In this document: piece after piece, positions 20,152-30,267 of the stretch
Numbering within the stretch: the first letter of the stretch is position 1
Layout of the letters: every line of letters begins with the position of its first letter
Virus record (IMG/VR): IMGVR_UViG_3300032254_000004
Span: 508-64,507 of that record
Length of the DNA stretch: 64,000 bases
Strand: one strand, 5' to 3'
DNA from: a virus
Lineage: Duplodnaviria; Caudoviricetes
Program-made: the position numbers and the translations under genes
Notes under the pieces: generated by a model
What the model saw: the letters and a program-made list of their open reading frames with translations, nothing else
Told to the model about the DNA's origin: nothing
Databases searched by the model: none

Positions 20152-21128
20152 TGGCAGACCGTAGTATGACATCAGAGATGGAAGTAGCCATCACTGAAGA
20201 ACATACAATGCCCGCTATATTTGCAGAACTCCAATTCCTGACAACTCCTGTCAGATTTTGGAATGGATTCACTGAGCTTGATTGGAATGGTTTTACTTGG
20301 TCCGGTAAAGGGTCTTTTACGGGAATAGAAGGTGTAGAAGAAAATACTGACGGTACTTCTCAAGAGGTAATTCTTTCACTTTCCGGATTAGATAAAGATC
20401 TTGTTGCTGCTGCTTATGCAGATATTTATCAAGGACGTCAGGCTAAAGTATGGTTAGGCCTTCAACAGCTTATTGCAGGCTATGGTGTTGACCGAGTTTT
20501 AAACGGTACTTTTGATACTGACGATTCTAATTGGACAAAGGCTACTGCAAGTGATTTAACAGTAACTATTGTTTCAGGACAGGCTGTAGTTCAAAATACT
20601 CACGCAACAAACAGCAATGGAATATATCAGGATATTTATATTCCACCAGGTAAAGATTTCAGACTTGATTTTGCCCAGATTAGTTTTACAGGCACTGGTG
20701 GAATTACTATTTATGATGACCATGACTTCAATAATGTTATTTATTCTAATGCTTCACCAGATCCTACAGGTACGCAGGTAATTAATTCAGTATCAGGACG
20801 TATTCGTATTTATTTAAAGGTAGATGCATTATCAACAATTACCTATGATAATATTGTAGCTAGGCCTTTAATTATAAATCGAGATACTGAAATTATCCCT
20901 GATCCTGTATTATATATGCAAGGTATTATGAGTTCGTTAGGTGACGTAGTTGATGAAGGAGGGCAGGATGCTGTCTTATCATTGAAAGTCACTTCCCAAT
21001 CTCTTAATCAAAGAAGCCCAAGACGTTGGAGATTAACTCCAGAACATCAGGAAGAATTATACCCTGGGGATACTGGACTTCGTTGGGTGACAAATCTTGC
21101 TCAACAAGACATTCAGTTCGGAGGATAA
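20151..21128 (+). CDS. baseplate hub-like protein with inserted CBM-like domain
   Basis: W.GF.W.G.G N-terminus, RRW..T.E.Q...YPGDTG..W C-terminus; internal VLNGTFDTD..W domain. Confidence 0.65.
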   Translation: MADRSMTSEMEVAITEEHTMPAIFAELQFLTTPVRFWNGFTELDWNGFTWSGKGSFTGIEGVEENTDGTSQEVILSLSGLDKDLVAAAYADIYQGRQAKVWLGLQQLIAGYGVDRVLNGTFDTDDSNWTKATASDLTVTIVSGQAVVQNTHATNSNGIYQDIYIPPGKDFRLDFAQISFTGTGGITIYDDHDFNNVIYSNASPDPTGTQVINSVSGRIRIYLKVDALSTITYDNIVARPLIINRDTEIIPDPVLYMQGIMSSLGDVVDEGGQDAVLSLKVTSQSLNQRSPRRWRLTPEHQEELYPGDTGLRWVTNLAQQDIQFGG

Positions 21129-21132
21129 GTGA

Positions 21133-21582
21133 ATGGCTAAAAATAAATTCAAACCTTTAATGAGACATGAATGGCCTCAAAACTGGCCTACCTTGCTTAT
21201 TGAATATATTCAAAAAGCTGGTAGAGATCCTTTTCAATATGGTACTAATGATTGTGCTCTATTTGCATCTAACTGGGTTCGGAAAATAACTGGTTCAGAT
21301 CCTGCATATAAATTTCGTGATCAATACACAAACGAAATGGGTTCTTATATGGCCCTTAAAAAGTATGGTACTGGGCGGCTAGATACTACATTCGATGAAT
21401 ATTTTGAAAGAGGAATTGTTCGTAATGCTCGTAGGGGTGATATTTGCAGTCATGTACCAGATGGTGATAGGGACTTAATGGTAATGGGTATTATTGCAGA
21501 TGGAAATGGAGTTTTTCTGTCAGAACAAGGACTTACTACCTTATCTGTAATTCATATCAAAGAAGTATGGAAAGTTGGTTAA
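21133..21582 (+). CDS. NlpC/P60-like tail tip peptidase
   Basis: FQYGTNDCALF catalytic-Cys motif; RRGDI. Confidence 0.75.
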   Translation: MAKNKFKPLMRHEWPQNWPTLLIEYIQKAGRDPFQYGTNDCALFASNWVRKITGSDPAYKFRDQYTNEMGSYMALKKYGTGRLDTTFDEYFERGIVRNARRGDICSHVPDGDRDLMVMGIIADGNGVFLSEQGLTTLSVIHIKEVWKVG

Positions 21583-24558
21583 ATGCCAGTTATTGGAGTT
21601 GCTGCGGCAGTAGGAATTGGTGGATCTTTGATAGGTGGTGCTGTTGGTGCCTTCTTAATCAATACTGCTATTTCATTAGCTGCCTCTGCTGCCTTAGGGT
21701 ATCTCTTTGGAGAGAGTCCAGAGGCTGCTTCATTCAGTTCTAGCCTTAATGTAACTTCGACAGTTCCTGATGCCAACAGATCCATTATTCATGGACTTAC
21801 ACGAGTAGCGGGTAATCGAGTATTTGCAGAAACAAGTGATAATGGGCAATACCTTCACTTAGTACATATTCTAGCTTCTCATGAAATCGATGCTTATCAG
21901 AATCATTACGCAGGTACTAAGCAGTTATTACTTGATGGTTCTGGTATGGATACTGGAGACTATAATGGCCATCTTTGGGTTAAAGAATATTTCGGAACTC
22001 ATGATCAAGTTGCAGATCCTGATTTAGTTGCTGAAACAACCTCATGGGAATCTACTGATAGACTTCAAGGACAAGCTTACGTTTATTATAAACTTAAATG
22101 GAATGCTGATCTTTGGGGCAATATTCCAAACTTTCTTGCAGATATTAGAGGACGTAAAGTTTACGATCCTAGAAACGTAGCACATAACATTAATGATCCT
22201 TCCACATGGGAATGGAGTGATAATGCGGCATTGTGTATTGCTGATGAATATAGAGGAGTTCCTTTATTAGATGGTACTGGAACCCTCAGACGCCTATATG
22301 GTGCAAATGCTCCTGATGAATTCATCGATTGGGATGAAATTGCCGCAGAAGCAAACATTTGTGATGAACTCGTACCCTTAGCTGAAGGGGGTACTCAAAA
22401 AAGGTATACAGTAAATGGAATATCTAACACAGGTACTTTACCTGAAACCGTCATTGATGAGATGCTTACATCTTGTGCAGGGATTCGTATTGACAATGGA
22501 GGTTTCCTCTCTTTACAAGTTGGTGCCCCTCGTGTAGCAACTATTCATCTTGATGATTCCGATATTATTGGGACTAGAGCATTAACGGATACCATTGACT
22601 TTGATAATGTATTTAATGGAGTAAAGTCTACATATCGAGGAGCTGAAACTCAATTTGCTATTACAGATACTCCTTCCTATCAAGATGCCGCACTAGTAAC
22701 TTTAGATGGTAGGGAAAATTGGCTTGATCTAACTCTGAAATATATTGATACCGCTTCTAGAGGACAAAGATTACAGTTTTTAGCCTTAAGTGAAAACCGA
22801 AGGCAAAATCATGGTGAATTACCTTTTAATCTTAAAGCATTTAAACTAAGGGCTGGATCTTGGTTTACATATACTTTACCTGAAAGAGGTTGGAATCAAA
22901 AGACATTTAGAGTTCTGCGCTGGAAACCTGTTATTGACGATTCTCCTTATTTTGGATTTGTCTTAACAGTCCAAGAGATGGATGCTTCTGCTTATGATTG
23001 GAATGATACACAACAAAAGATTGTATTACCTTCTCAAGATACAGATTTGCCTAATCCTCTTATACTTGCTGATCCTACAGGCTTTACTATCACGCCTACA
23101 GTATATAGAGGAGAACAAATTCTTACTATCTTAGAAGTAGATGCTCCTATTACAGAAGGGGCTAATATTAATCATATCTTCGAAGTAAGGAAATCAGGTT
23201 CTATTATCTGGGAACCATATCCACCAGTACGAGGATCACGCTTAGAGGTATCTTTAGATCCTGGTGATTATGATTTCAGAGTAAAAGCCACTGCCCGCCT
23301 TGGTGGTGAAAGCGGATGGGTTATTGAATCTAAAACGATTGAAGGTAACGTTATTCCTCGCGTTACAGGACTTCAACAAACTGGAAGAGGTACTTCTGAA
23401 ATTTCCACAGGACCTAACTTTGATTGGTCTTGGAGGAAAGGTTCTGCTTATAATGCTGGCTTAAACAATCCTTTAGGAGCTAATGTCAATTCAATTGAAA
23501 GTAGTTTCTTAGGATATCAAGTTATAATTAAAGCCACTGATAATAATGCTACCTTAAGAACTACTATTGTTACCGATCCCCAATTCATTTATACAGCACA
23601 GATGAATCGTGCTGACTCTAGAAGGATCTTAAGCGATGAGCCTCAACGCAGGGTTACCATCGAAGTTCGTCAATTAGGTAAGTATGGAGAATCAACTGAA
23701 AAGAGTGCCCCAGTATCTCAATCAGTTAGTAATCCTGCACCTGCTGCTGTTACAGGTATTAACACTACGGCATTCTATAAATCAGCATGGATTAATTTTG
23801 ATAGTACTGCAGCGCGTCAAGATGGCGATGAGCTCGGAACAATCGTAAGAACCTCTACTACTAGTTTCGACCCCGCTAATGGTGAGGGGGTTGTAGCATA
23901 TGAAGGGTCAGCCTTAAATCGAGTTCCAATATCGCTGGTACCAGGACAAGAGACTTTTTACGCGGTAGCTATATTTGATATGTTTGGTACCGGAGATCTT
24001 ATTTGGTCCTCAGTATTGTCAATAACTTCGCAAGGCGTTGACCAAGTAGATCTTTCAGATGAATTGTCTGGTGAAATTGATCAAATTGCAGATAACGTCA
24101 CTGATATTGTAAATCTGACAACGGTTACTGATACGTTAGCATCTGACTTGACTATTGTCCAATCTAATGTAGATGACAATACTGCGTCTATTTCTGAATT
24201 GTTCTTATCTGTAGATGGTATAGAAGCTAAGTGGGTTGTTAAGTTAGATATCAATGGTTCTATTTCTGGTATTGAATTAGCAGATTCTTCTCAGACCAAA
24301 TCTACATTTACGGTACTTGCAGAAATTTTCCAGGTAATTCACCCTTCTATAAATGGGGGTGCTGCTGTAAATGTCTTCAGTATTGAAGGTGGTTTAGTTA
24401 AGCTAGCATCTCTTATTGCCCAAGAAGTTATCACTGATCATCTTGCAGCTAGGTGGGCAACTGTCGGTACATTAGAAGGTGGACGTATTGTAGATGATAT
24501 TACGAATGTACGCTTTGATATTAACCTTACAAGTGGTTACTGGACCATTGTGAGGTAA
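21583..24558 (+). CDS. central tail fibre / host-specificity protein (J-like)
   Basis: RGRKVYDPR, W.WSDNAALCIAD; FN3-like repeats; C-terminal coiled coil with AKWVVKLDING.ISG (DUF1983-like). Confidence 0.9.
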   Translation: MPVIGVAAAVGIGGSLIGGAVGAFLINTAISLAASAALGYLFGESPEAASFSSSLNVTSTVPDANRSIIHGLTRVAGNRVFAETSDNGQYLHLVHILASHEIDAYQNHYAGTKQLLLDGSGMDTGDYNGHLWVKEYFGTHDQVADPDLVAETTSWESTDRLQGQAYVYYKLKWNADLWGNIPNFLADIRGRKVYDPRNVAHNINDPSTWEWSDNAALCIADEYRGVPLLDGTGTLRRLYGANAPDEFIDWDEIAAEANICDELVPLAEGGTQKRYTVNGISNTGTLPETVIDEMLTSCAGIRIDNGGFLSLQVGAPRVATIHLDDSDIIGTRALTDTIDFDNVFNGVKSTYRGAETQFAITDTPSYQDAALVTLDGRENWLDLTLKYIDTASRGQRLQFLALSENRRQNHGELPFNLKAFKLRAGSWFTYTLPERGWNQKTFRVLRWKPVIDDSPYFGFVLTVQEMDASAYDWNDTQQKIVLPSQDTDLPNPLILADPTGFTITPTVYRGEQILTILEVDAPITEGANINHIFEVRKSGSIIWEPYPPVRGSRLEVSLDPGDYDFRVKATARLGGESGWVIESKTIEGNVIPRVTGLQQTGRGTSEISTGPNFDWSWRKGSAYNAGLNNPLGANVNSIESSFLGYQVIIKATDNNATLRTTIVTDPQFIYTAQMNRADSRRILSDEPQRRVTIEVRQLGKYGESTEKSAPVSQSVSNPAPAAVTGINTTAFYKSAWINFDSTAARQDGDELGTIVRTSTTSFDPANGEGVVAYEGSALNRVPISLVPGQETFYAVAIFDMFGTGDLIWSSVLSITSQGVDQVDLSDELSGEIDQIADNVTDIVNLTTVTDTLASDLTIVQSNVDDNTASISELFLSVDGIEAKWVVKLDINGSISGIELADSSQTKSTFTVLAEIFQVIHPSINGGAAVNVFSIEGGLVKLASLIAQEVITDHLAARWATVGTLEGGRIVDDITNVRFDINLTSGYWTIVR

Positions 24559-24563
24559 ATGGT

Positions 24564-25868
24564 ATGATTAGAACACTAAACAATAGAAATGTAAATAACG
24601 GGGTAGCTGCAAATACGTTTGCTATTTGGGATGCTGGGGTAGATGGTACTGATTATGCTCCTGCAATTAACCCTGACTTATACAAAGATAGGGTAATTCT
24701 GCATTCTGATTGGGATTACATTGGAGTAGACCGTACCTTAACTTCAGCTCCTGTAGTAAGACCAGCAGCTTCTATAGGTCCTCCAGGTAATTTCATTACA
24801 GTTAATTTAGGAGCTCATGGCCAAGGGGCTCCTCCTATGATGGTTTCAAGGTTCTCTATTGACGGAGGTACTACTTGGAACACTATTAACGGAACTGTAC
24901 ATTCTAATCTTATAGACATATATAGAGGTCGTTCGTTTGTTATTCAAGCAGACAATACAAATGTCTATGCTTACATTTGGGAAATTGGCCCAGTAACTGC
25001 TCAAACACTCACATTCCAAACTCATATTTTAAAAAGAACGTTTGGGGAAACAAAACCAGATAACAATGTGGTATTTAGAGCAGATTTACCTAATTCCTAT
25101 ATTGAAGCTGCTGGTGGTGTATTTGATTCTAGAAGACAATATTTACAAACTCCCGCAGCAGGCCAAGCTACGGACATATATCATCGTACAGGACCTACTC
25201 ATTTATTAGTTGCTGGTGATGAATCACAAGAATCTATTATTGGTATGAGTACATCAGCACATCTTCTTAATATGAGAACGGCAGAATTCTTTACTACATC
25301 TTGGCCTCCTTATGTAACTACAGTAACACCTTTACAATTAGTATTATCTGGTACAGGTAGTCCTGCTGACGTTATTGAATTTTCTAATAACAGGGTTCGA
25401 ATATCTAATTCAGCTGGGCAAGATATTTTAGATTCTAGCCGTAAGATGATTGCATATAGAGATGAGACCAGTTTTTCTATAAGTATTCCTTCTAGAGGAG
25501 TATCTACAGGAGGACTTCCTCAAGAGGTAGTACATCATTCTTGGACGGTCCCTGCTGGTACAGATATGTTAATGGGGTGGTTTAAATTAACTTCTGCTTC
25601 TCAATTTATTAGAACAAATGAACCAATTGACTTTTCAGCTGCTATAGTTGTAACTGGGAGTTATGCAGTGACTAATGTTGGAGGCTACTTATTCATTAGA
25701 CAAATGTCAATTGTATATCCTAGGATTGTAGGTAATCAAGTAGAAATTGTTGAAAACTGGTTTTATAATACTACAGGAATTGCTTCCCCGGCTCCTACTA
25801 ACTTACCTGCATATACGGCAGACATTAAATTATTCGCTTGTGCGACCACTGGAGGCATTACACCATGA
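24564..25868 (+). CDS. tail tip accessory protein
   Basis: beta-rich 434 aa between central fibre and side fibre. Confidence 0.55.
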   Translation: MIRTLNNRNVNNGVAANTFAIWDAGVDGTDYAPAINPDLYKDRVILHSDWDYIGVDRTLTSAPVVRPAASIGPPGNFITVNLGAHGQGAPPMMVSRFSIDGGTTWNTINGTVHSNLIDIYRGRSFVIQADNTNVYAYIWEIGPVTAQTLTFQTHILKRTFGETKPDNNVVFRADLPNSYIEAAGGVFDSRRQYLQTPAAGQATDIYHRTGPTHLLVAGDESQESIIGMSTSAHLLNMRTAEFFTTSWPPYVTTVTPLQLVLSGTGSPADVIEFSNNRVRISNSAGQDILDSSRKMIAYRDETSFSISIPSRGVSTGGLPQEVVHHSWTVPAGTDMLMGWFKLTSASQFIRTNEPIDFSAAIVVTGSYAVTNVGGYLFIRQMSIVYPRIVGNQVEIVENWFYNTTGIASPAPTNLPAYTADIKLFACATTGGITP

Positions 25869-28204
25869 CTACATACAGAGATGGAACCCTTAATCTTACT
25901 AACGGTTCTCAAAACGTATCTATTACAGGAGGTACTACTGGAGTTGGTTTGATTGAAGTAGGTTCTTTGATTACATCCGCTGACTTAGCTCAAGTGGCTT
26001 ATACAGTTGATAGCATTGTAGACTTAAATAACTTTACGTTAAGTGACGGTTATAATGGACCTACAAATGCTACAGCAAGTTATGAATCCCATAATGACTT
26101 TACTCCTTTAGGTGTTCCTATTGTACAGGATGGTGATCTATATCCATTTGGTGTATTAAGGGAAGCACATCTAAAGCTTGAAGAATTATTTGCAGCTAAC
26201 TTCTTAGCAGACTCTACTACTTCTTTGGCTATTGGAACAGGTACTAAAGTATTTACTCTAATCCAAGAGAATCGCCAATATATGGTAGGTCAAAGAATAC
26301 TTGTTAATTCTAAAGCAGATACCAATAACAACATGTGTGGTTTAATTACCGACTACACTGGAAATATTCTTACTATTTTGGTTGATACTATTGGAGGCTC
26401 TGGAACATTTGCTGATTGGAGCCTTGGCTTAGTAGGGGCTACTGGTGCTACTGGTGCTCAAGGCCCTGCTGGCCCGGCTGGCACTAATGGCACTAATGGC
26501 ACTAATGGCACAGACGGCACTAATGGTACAAATGGCATTAATGGTACAGACGGGGCAGACGGGGCAGATGGTACAGCTGCTTCTATTATTGATAGGAATT
26601 TAACTGCTCCTCCAGGTTCTCCTACTGTAGGTGATGAATATATTCCCGCTTCTCCTGCTACAGGTGCTTGGACAGGCCAAGAAAATTCAATTGCTAAATG
26701 GAATGGATCCATTTGGGAATTTAAAACCCCTAAAGAGGGTTGGTTGGCTTGGATCGTTGATGAAGGAAGACAGGTTCGCTGGGATGGTTCAACATGGGCT
26801 AATTGGGTTAATCAAGATCTGTCAACAGACGCTTCTCCAAGTTTTGCTTCTGTTACAACCACCGCCGATGTAGAGTTCAACGGCGTGGACGTTGGCCGTG
26901 GCGCGGGTGACATCGGCTCCAACACGGCGGTTGGTGCAACTGCGCTAGATGCAAACACCACGGGCATTCAAAACACGGCCATAGGGGCGGGCACCTTGGC
27001 GGCAAACACCACGGGCATCGACAACACGGCGGTTGGGAAAAGCGCAATGGCCGCAAACACCACGGGCCAACAAAACGTGGCAGTGGGCACCAATGCCCTC
27101 ACCGCAAACACAACAACTCACTACAACACAGCCGTTGGGTATGTTGCCCTTGAGTCCAACACTGCAGACTACAACACAGCGGTTGGATATGGCTCTATGC
27201 AAAACAACACCACTGGCGTGCAATCTGCGGCGCTTGGCCGTGGGGCACTCGCAGCCAATACCACCGGAAACTATAACGCTGCGGTTGGTGATACGGCGCT
27301 CAACCTCAACACCACGGGCAGCTACAACACGGCAATCGGCCTGTCCGCGATGGGTTCATCAACCGCTGACAACTCCAACACGGCCCTCGGCGCGTATGCC
27401 CTTAACACCTCTACCGGATATTCCAATTCGGCAGGTGTTGGGTACAACGCGCAGGTCACGGGTTCCTTCCAAATTCAACTCGGCGATACCTTCTCCACAC
27501 CCTATGCCTATGCCGCACTCGTCGTGCGTTCAGATGAGCGTGACAAAACCGACATCCGCGACACTCTTCTTGGCCTCGACTGGATCAATAAGCTCCGTCC
27601 CGTCGATTACAAATGGGATATGCGCGAGGACTACAAGCCAGCCCCACTTGCACCTTTTATCGAAATCGACCCTCTCGTCTCTCTCGAAGGTGCCCCCACT
27701 TTCGACCTAGTTAAACCTGAAGCGCCTGAAGATGACGAAGACGCAGAAGCGGTCACGCAATACGAAGCCGATCTAGCTACATACAACACGGCCCTCGCTG
27801 TCCATGAGATCGAATTTGATGCTTGGTCAACCGCTGCTTCAGCAGAGTATGAGACGGCCAAAGCCGAATATGACGCCCAAAAAGCCGCATGGCTCGAAGC
27901 CAACAAGCTTTCCAACATCACGCACGATGGCACGCATACGCGGACCCGTTATCACCACGGCTTTGTCGCCCAAGAGGTCCAGCAAATTATCGCTGACACG
28001 GGCATCGACTTCGGCGGCTTCAAGGACGCATCCCACGACGGTGGGGAAGATGTTCTCTCTCTCGCCTATGAGGAACTGTTCGGTCCCCTCGTTAAGGCGG
28101 TCCAAGAACTTTCAGCAAAGAACGATGAACTCGTTACAGAAAATAGCAATCTTAAAACTGTCATTGATGACATCGAAGCACGCCTAGCAATGTTAGAAGC
28201 TTAA
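25865..28204 (+). CDS. tail fibre with collagen-like linker, DUF2793-like domain, beta-helix repeats and C-terminal S74 chaperone
   Basis: G-X-Y run; APPGSP..G..Y...ATGAW.G; NTAVG..AL..NTTG repeats; SDERDKTDI; GGAGG RBS supports ATG 25865. Confidence 0.9.
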   Translation: MTTYRDGTLNLTNGSQNVSITGGTTGVGLIEVGSLITSADLAQVAYTVDSIVDLNNFTLSDGYNGPTNATASYESHNDFTPLGVPIVQDGDLYPFGVLREAHLKLEELFAANFLADSTTSLAIGTGTKVFTLIQENRQYMVGQRILVNSKADTNNNMCGLITDYTGNILTILVDTIGGSGTFADWSLGLVGATGATGAQGPAGPAGTNGTNGTNGTDGTNGTNGINGTDGADGADGTAASIIDRNLTAPPGSPTVGDEYIPASPATGAWTGQENSIAKWNGSIWEFKTPKEGWLAWIVDEGRQVRWDGSTWANWVNQDLSTDASPSFASVTTTADVEFNGVDVGRGAGDIGSNTAVGATALDANTTGIQNTAIGAGTLAANTTGIDNTAVGKSAMAANTTGQQNVAVGTNALTANTTTHYNTAVGYVALESNTADYNTAVGYGSMQNNTTGVQSAALGRGALAANTTGNYNAAVGDTALNLNTTGSYNTAIGLSAMGSSTADNSNTALGAYALNTSTGYSNSAGVGYNAQVTGSFQIQLGDTFSTPYAYAALVVRSDERDKTDIRDTLLGLDWINKLRPVDYKWDMREDYKPAPLAPFIEIDPLVSLEGAPTFDLVKPEAPEDDEDAEAVTQYEADLATYNTALAVHEIEFDAWSTAASAEYETAKAEYDAQKAAWLEANKLSNITHDGTHTRTRYHHGFVAQEVQQIIADTGIDFGGFKDASHDGGEDVLSLAYEELFGPLVKAVQELSAKNDELVTENSNLKTVIDDIEARLAMLEA

Positions 28205-28221
28205 TGACATAGGAGGTAATT

Positions 28222-29310
28222 ATGTCAAATTTGGATATTATTAATATGGATTGGTTTTATGGAAGAGCAGCTACTTTAGCTCCAGGAGCTATTGTAAATA
28301 AGGCAAATAGTCTTAATATTGACCCTAATAAATTTATGGCTATGTCTTTGAAAGAATCTGCAAGAGGTCCTTTCTTACCTGACGGCAGACCTACTATTCT
28401 ATTCGAGGCACATATCTTTGCCCGTGAAACAAAGAACAAGTATAATCAAAGCCACCCTAACATTTCTAGCAAGTCTTGGAATCGTAATTTATATGGTGCA
28501 GGAGGTGCTCATCAATATACTCGATTGCAGGCTGCTTTGGAATTAGATCCAGAAGCTGCTTTGAAATCTTGTTCTTGGGGCTCTTATCAGATTATGGGCT
28601 TTAATCATAAAGATGCTGGCTATGATACAGTTAAAGATATGGTCAGTGCTTTCTGTGATTCAGCACAATCTCAATTAGATTCCTTTGCAAATCTTTTAGT
28701 GGAATGGGGATTAGTTACGGCATTACAAAGTTGGGATACTGATACCATTGGCTATCGTTATAATGGGCCTCGTTACAGAGAAAACCAGTATGCCGAAAAG
28801 CTTGATGAAATCTACCGTTCACTTTCTGCAGATACTATTCTAAAATTAGGTTCATATGGACATAAAGTAAGAGCTTTACAAATGGCATTACGCCAACATA
28901 AGTTCAATGTCACTGTGGATGGTTCTTTTGGTCCTGCTACTGAAAGAGCAGTTATGCTGTTCCAAGAAAAGAATGGTTTAACAATTGATGGTACTGTAGG
29001 GCCTCAGACCTGGTCAGACTTCGCGCTTAAACGCACGGAAACAACTACTGTAGCAGGTAGTAAAAGGGTTAAAGGTGCTGTGGTAACTGCCACTGCAGGA
29101 GCTGGGATTTCATTTGATTCTATTTCCGAGCTTTTAACTAAAGCACAGCAATTAAATACACAAGGGACGCAAGAGGCGATAGACCTTCTACAATCACAAC
29201 AGGACAATCATATTCTTATGACAGCTGTTGGTATAGGCTTGATTTTAGTTGCTGGGTACTTTATCTGGACTAAGTATGTGGACAATAAGAAACAAGAAGG
29301 AGTCTTGTAA
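28222..29310 (+). CDS. endolysin: N-acetylmuramidase (DUF3380-like) plus peptidoglycan-binding domain plus C-terminal TM
   Basis: ES..G, ILFEAHIF, SWGSYQIMGFNH; DG.FGPATE.AV..FQ...GL..DG.VGP.TW. Confidence 0.92.
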   Translation: MSNLDIINMDWFYGRAATLAPGAIVNKANSLNIDPNKFMAMSLKESARGPFLPDGRPTILFEAHIFARETKNKYNQSHPNISSKSWNRNLYGAGGAHQYTRLQAALELDPEAALKSCSWGSYQIMGFNHKDAGYDTVKDMVSAFCDSAQSQLDSFANLLVEWGLVTALQSWDTDTIGYRYNGPRYRENQYAEKLDEIYRSLSADTILKLGSYGHKVRALQMALRQHKFNVTVDGSFGPATERAVMLFQEKNGLTIDGTVGPQTWSDFALKRTETTTVAGSKRVKGAVVTATAGAGISFDSISELLTKAQQLNTQGTQEAIDLLQSQQDNHILMTAVGIGLILVAGYFIWTKYVDNKKQEGVL

Positions 29311-29561
29311 TGTCTTTCATCTTAGGAATATGGGAATTATTAGGTCCTGTAAAAGATATCCTAATGTATGTTGGTGGTGCTTTAGCTATTGTAGGCGGAA
29401 TTTATTGGAAAGGAAAATCGGATGCTAGACAAGACGCAAAAGTTGCAGCTACAGAAAAGGCCTTCAGAGATGCCCGTCAAAGGGATGCTATTGAAGACGA
29501 CTTGCGTACTCGTACTAACGATGGGGTTGATAGGATGCTCGACCCCTGGTATCGGGACTAG
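29310..29561 (+). CDS. i-spanin (Rz-like)
   Basis: N-terminal TM plus coiled coil directly after endolysin. Confidence 0.65.
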   Translation: MSFILGIWELLGPVKDILMYVGGALAIVGGIYWKGKSDARQDAKVAATEKAFRDARQRDAIEDDLRTRTNDGVDRMLDPWYRD

Positions 29562-29739
29562 CCTAGAGCTTGAAGGGGCTAATGGCGAAATGGAACGAGT
29601 TGATTGTGTTGGGTGGAAGCCTATCTTACCATCACGAGAGGACGTTTTAACTCGCGGAACTAAAGAACAAATCATTGCTCATAATGAAACTGGGCAAGAG
29701 AGAGGTTGTTGGTCAGCAGCATCCGATAATACTAACTGA
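29485..29739 (+). CDS. o-spanin lipoprotein (Rz1-like)
   Basis: MLLKTTCVLVLTMGLIGC lipobox; overlaps i-spanin in another frame. Confidence 0.7.
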   Translation: MLLKTTCVLVLTMGLIGCSTPGIGTSLELEGANGEMERVDCVGWKPILPSREDVLTRGTKEQIIAHNETGQERGCWSAASDNTN

Positions 29740-29748
29740 CCAACTCCA

Positions 29749-29779
29749 GGGGTTACTGATTGCCTCCATCGGTAACCCC
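29749..29779. terminator. hairpin between convergent late and middle operons
   Basis: GGGGTTACTGAT/ATCGGTAACCCC 12-bp stem with one wobble. Confidence 0.6.
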
Positions 29780-29787
29780 ATCCCTTC

Positions 29788-30267
29788 TTAAAAAGGAAAT
29801 GGTACTTTTTCTGGTTCAGGTTCCCAAGGGAATGTGAGCCATTTATTATGCTCCCACGTGGCGGAGTAGTAATACTTCTGTAACCGGCCCAGATTAGTAT
29901 CTTGACGCTTACCCATAAAAAGATAATAAGCATCTGGATAGTGTTCATATAATGCTTTTGCAGTAGAGCCTGTTTCTAGAATATCATCCACAATAATGAT
30001 GCGGTCTTCTTTAAGCCCCTTCGGAATATTAACCAGAGGACCTAACCTAGTACCTTTCTCATTAATTTTTCCTGGTTCATCATAAGTAACTGCTTCTATA
30101 GAACCTAGGAACTTAATATCAAGCTTATTAGATAACATTACAGCAGGTATTAGGCCTCCCCTTGAAACTCCTATAATACCATCCCATTGATATCGATTAA
30201 GGACTAATGCTAGATTGTTGACATAAGTTTCAATATCTGTCCAAGAAACTTTCTGCATAGTAGTCAT
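29788..30267 (-). CDS. type I phosphoribosyltransferase (Gpt-like)
   Basis: IIGVSRGGLIPA; PRPP-binding IIIVDDILETGST; WLTFPWE. Confidence 0.9.
   Translation of the reverse strand: MTTMQKVSWTDIETYVNNLALVLNRYQWDGIIGVSRGGLIPAVMLSNKLDIKFLGSIEAVTYDEPGKINEKGTRLGPLVNIPKGLKEDRIIIVDDILETGSTAKALYEHYPDAYYLFMGKRQDTNLGRLQKYYYSATWEHNKWLTFPWEPEPEKVPFPF

Noticed and set aside
26880-27480. Diversity-generating retroelement target in the tail fibre repeats
   Set aside because: Repeats are ordinary coding beta-helix repeats; no reverse transcriptase or template repeat seen
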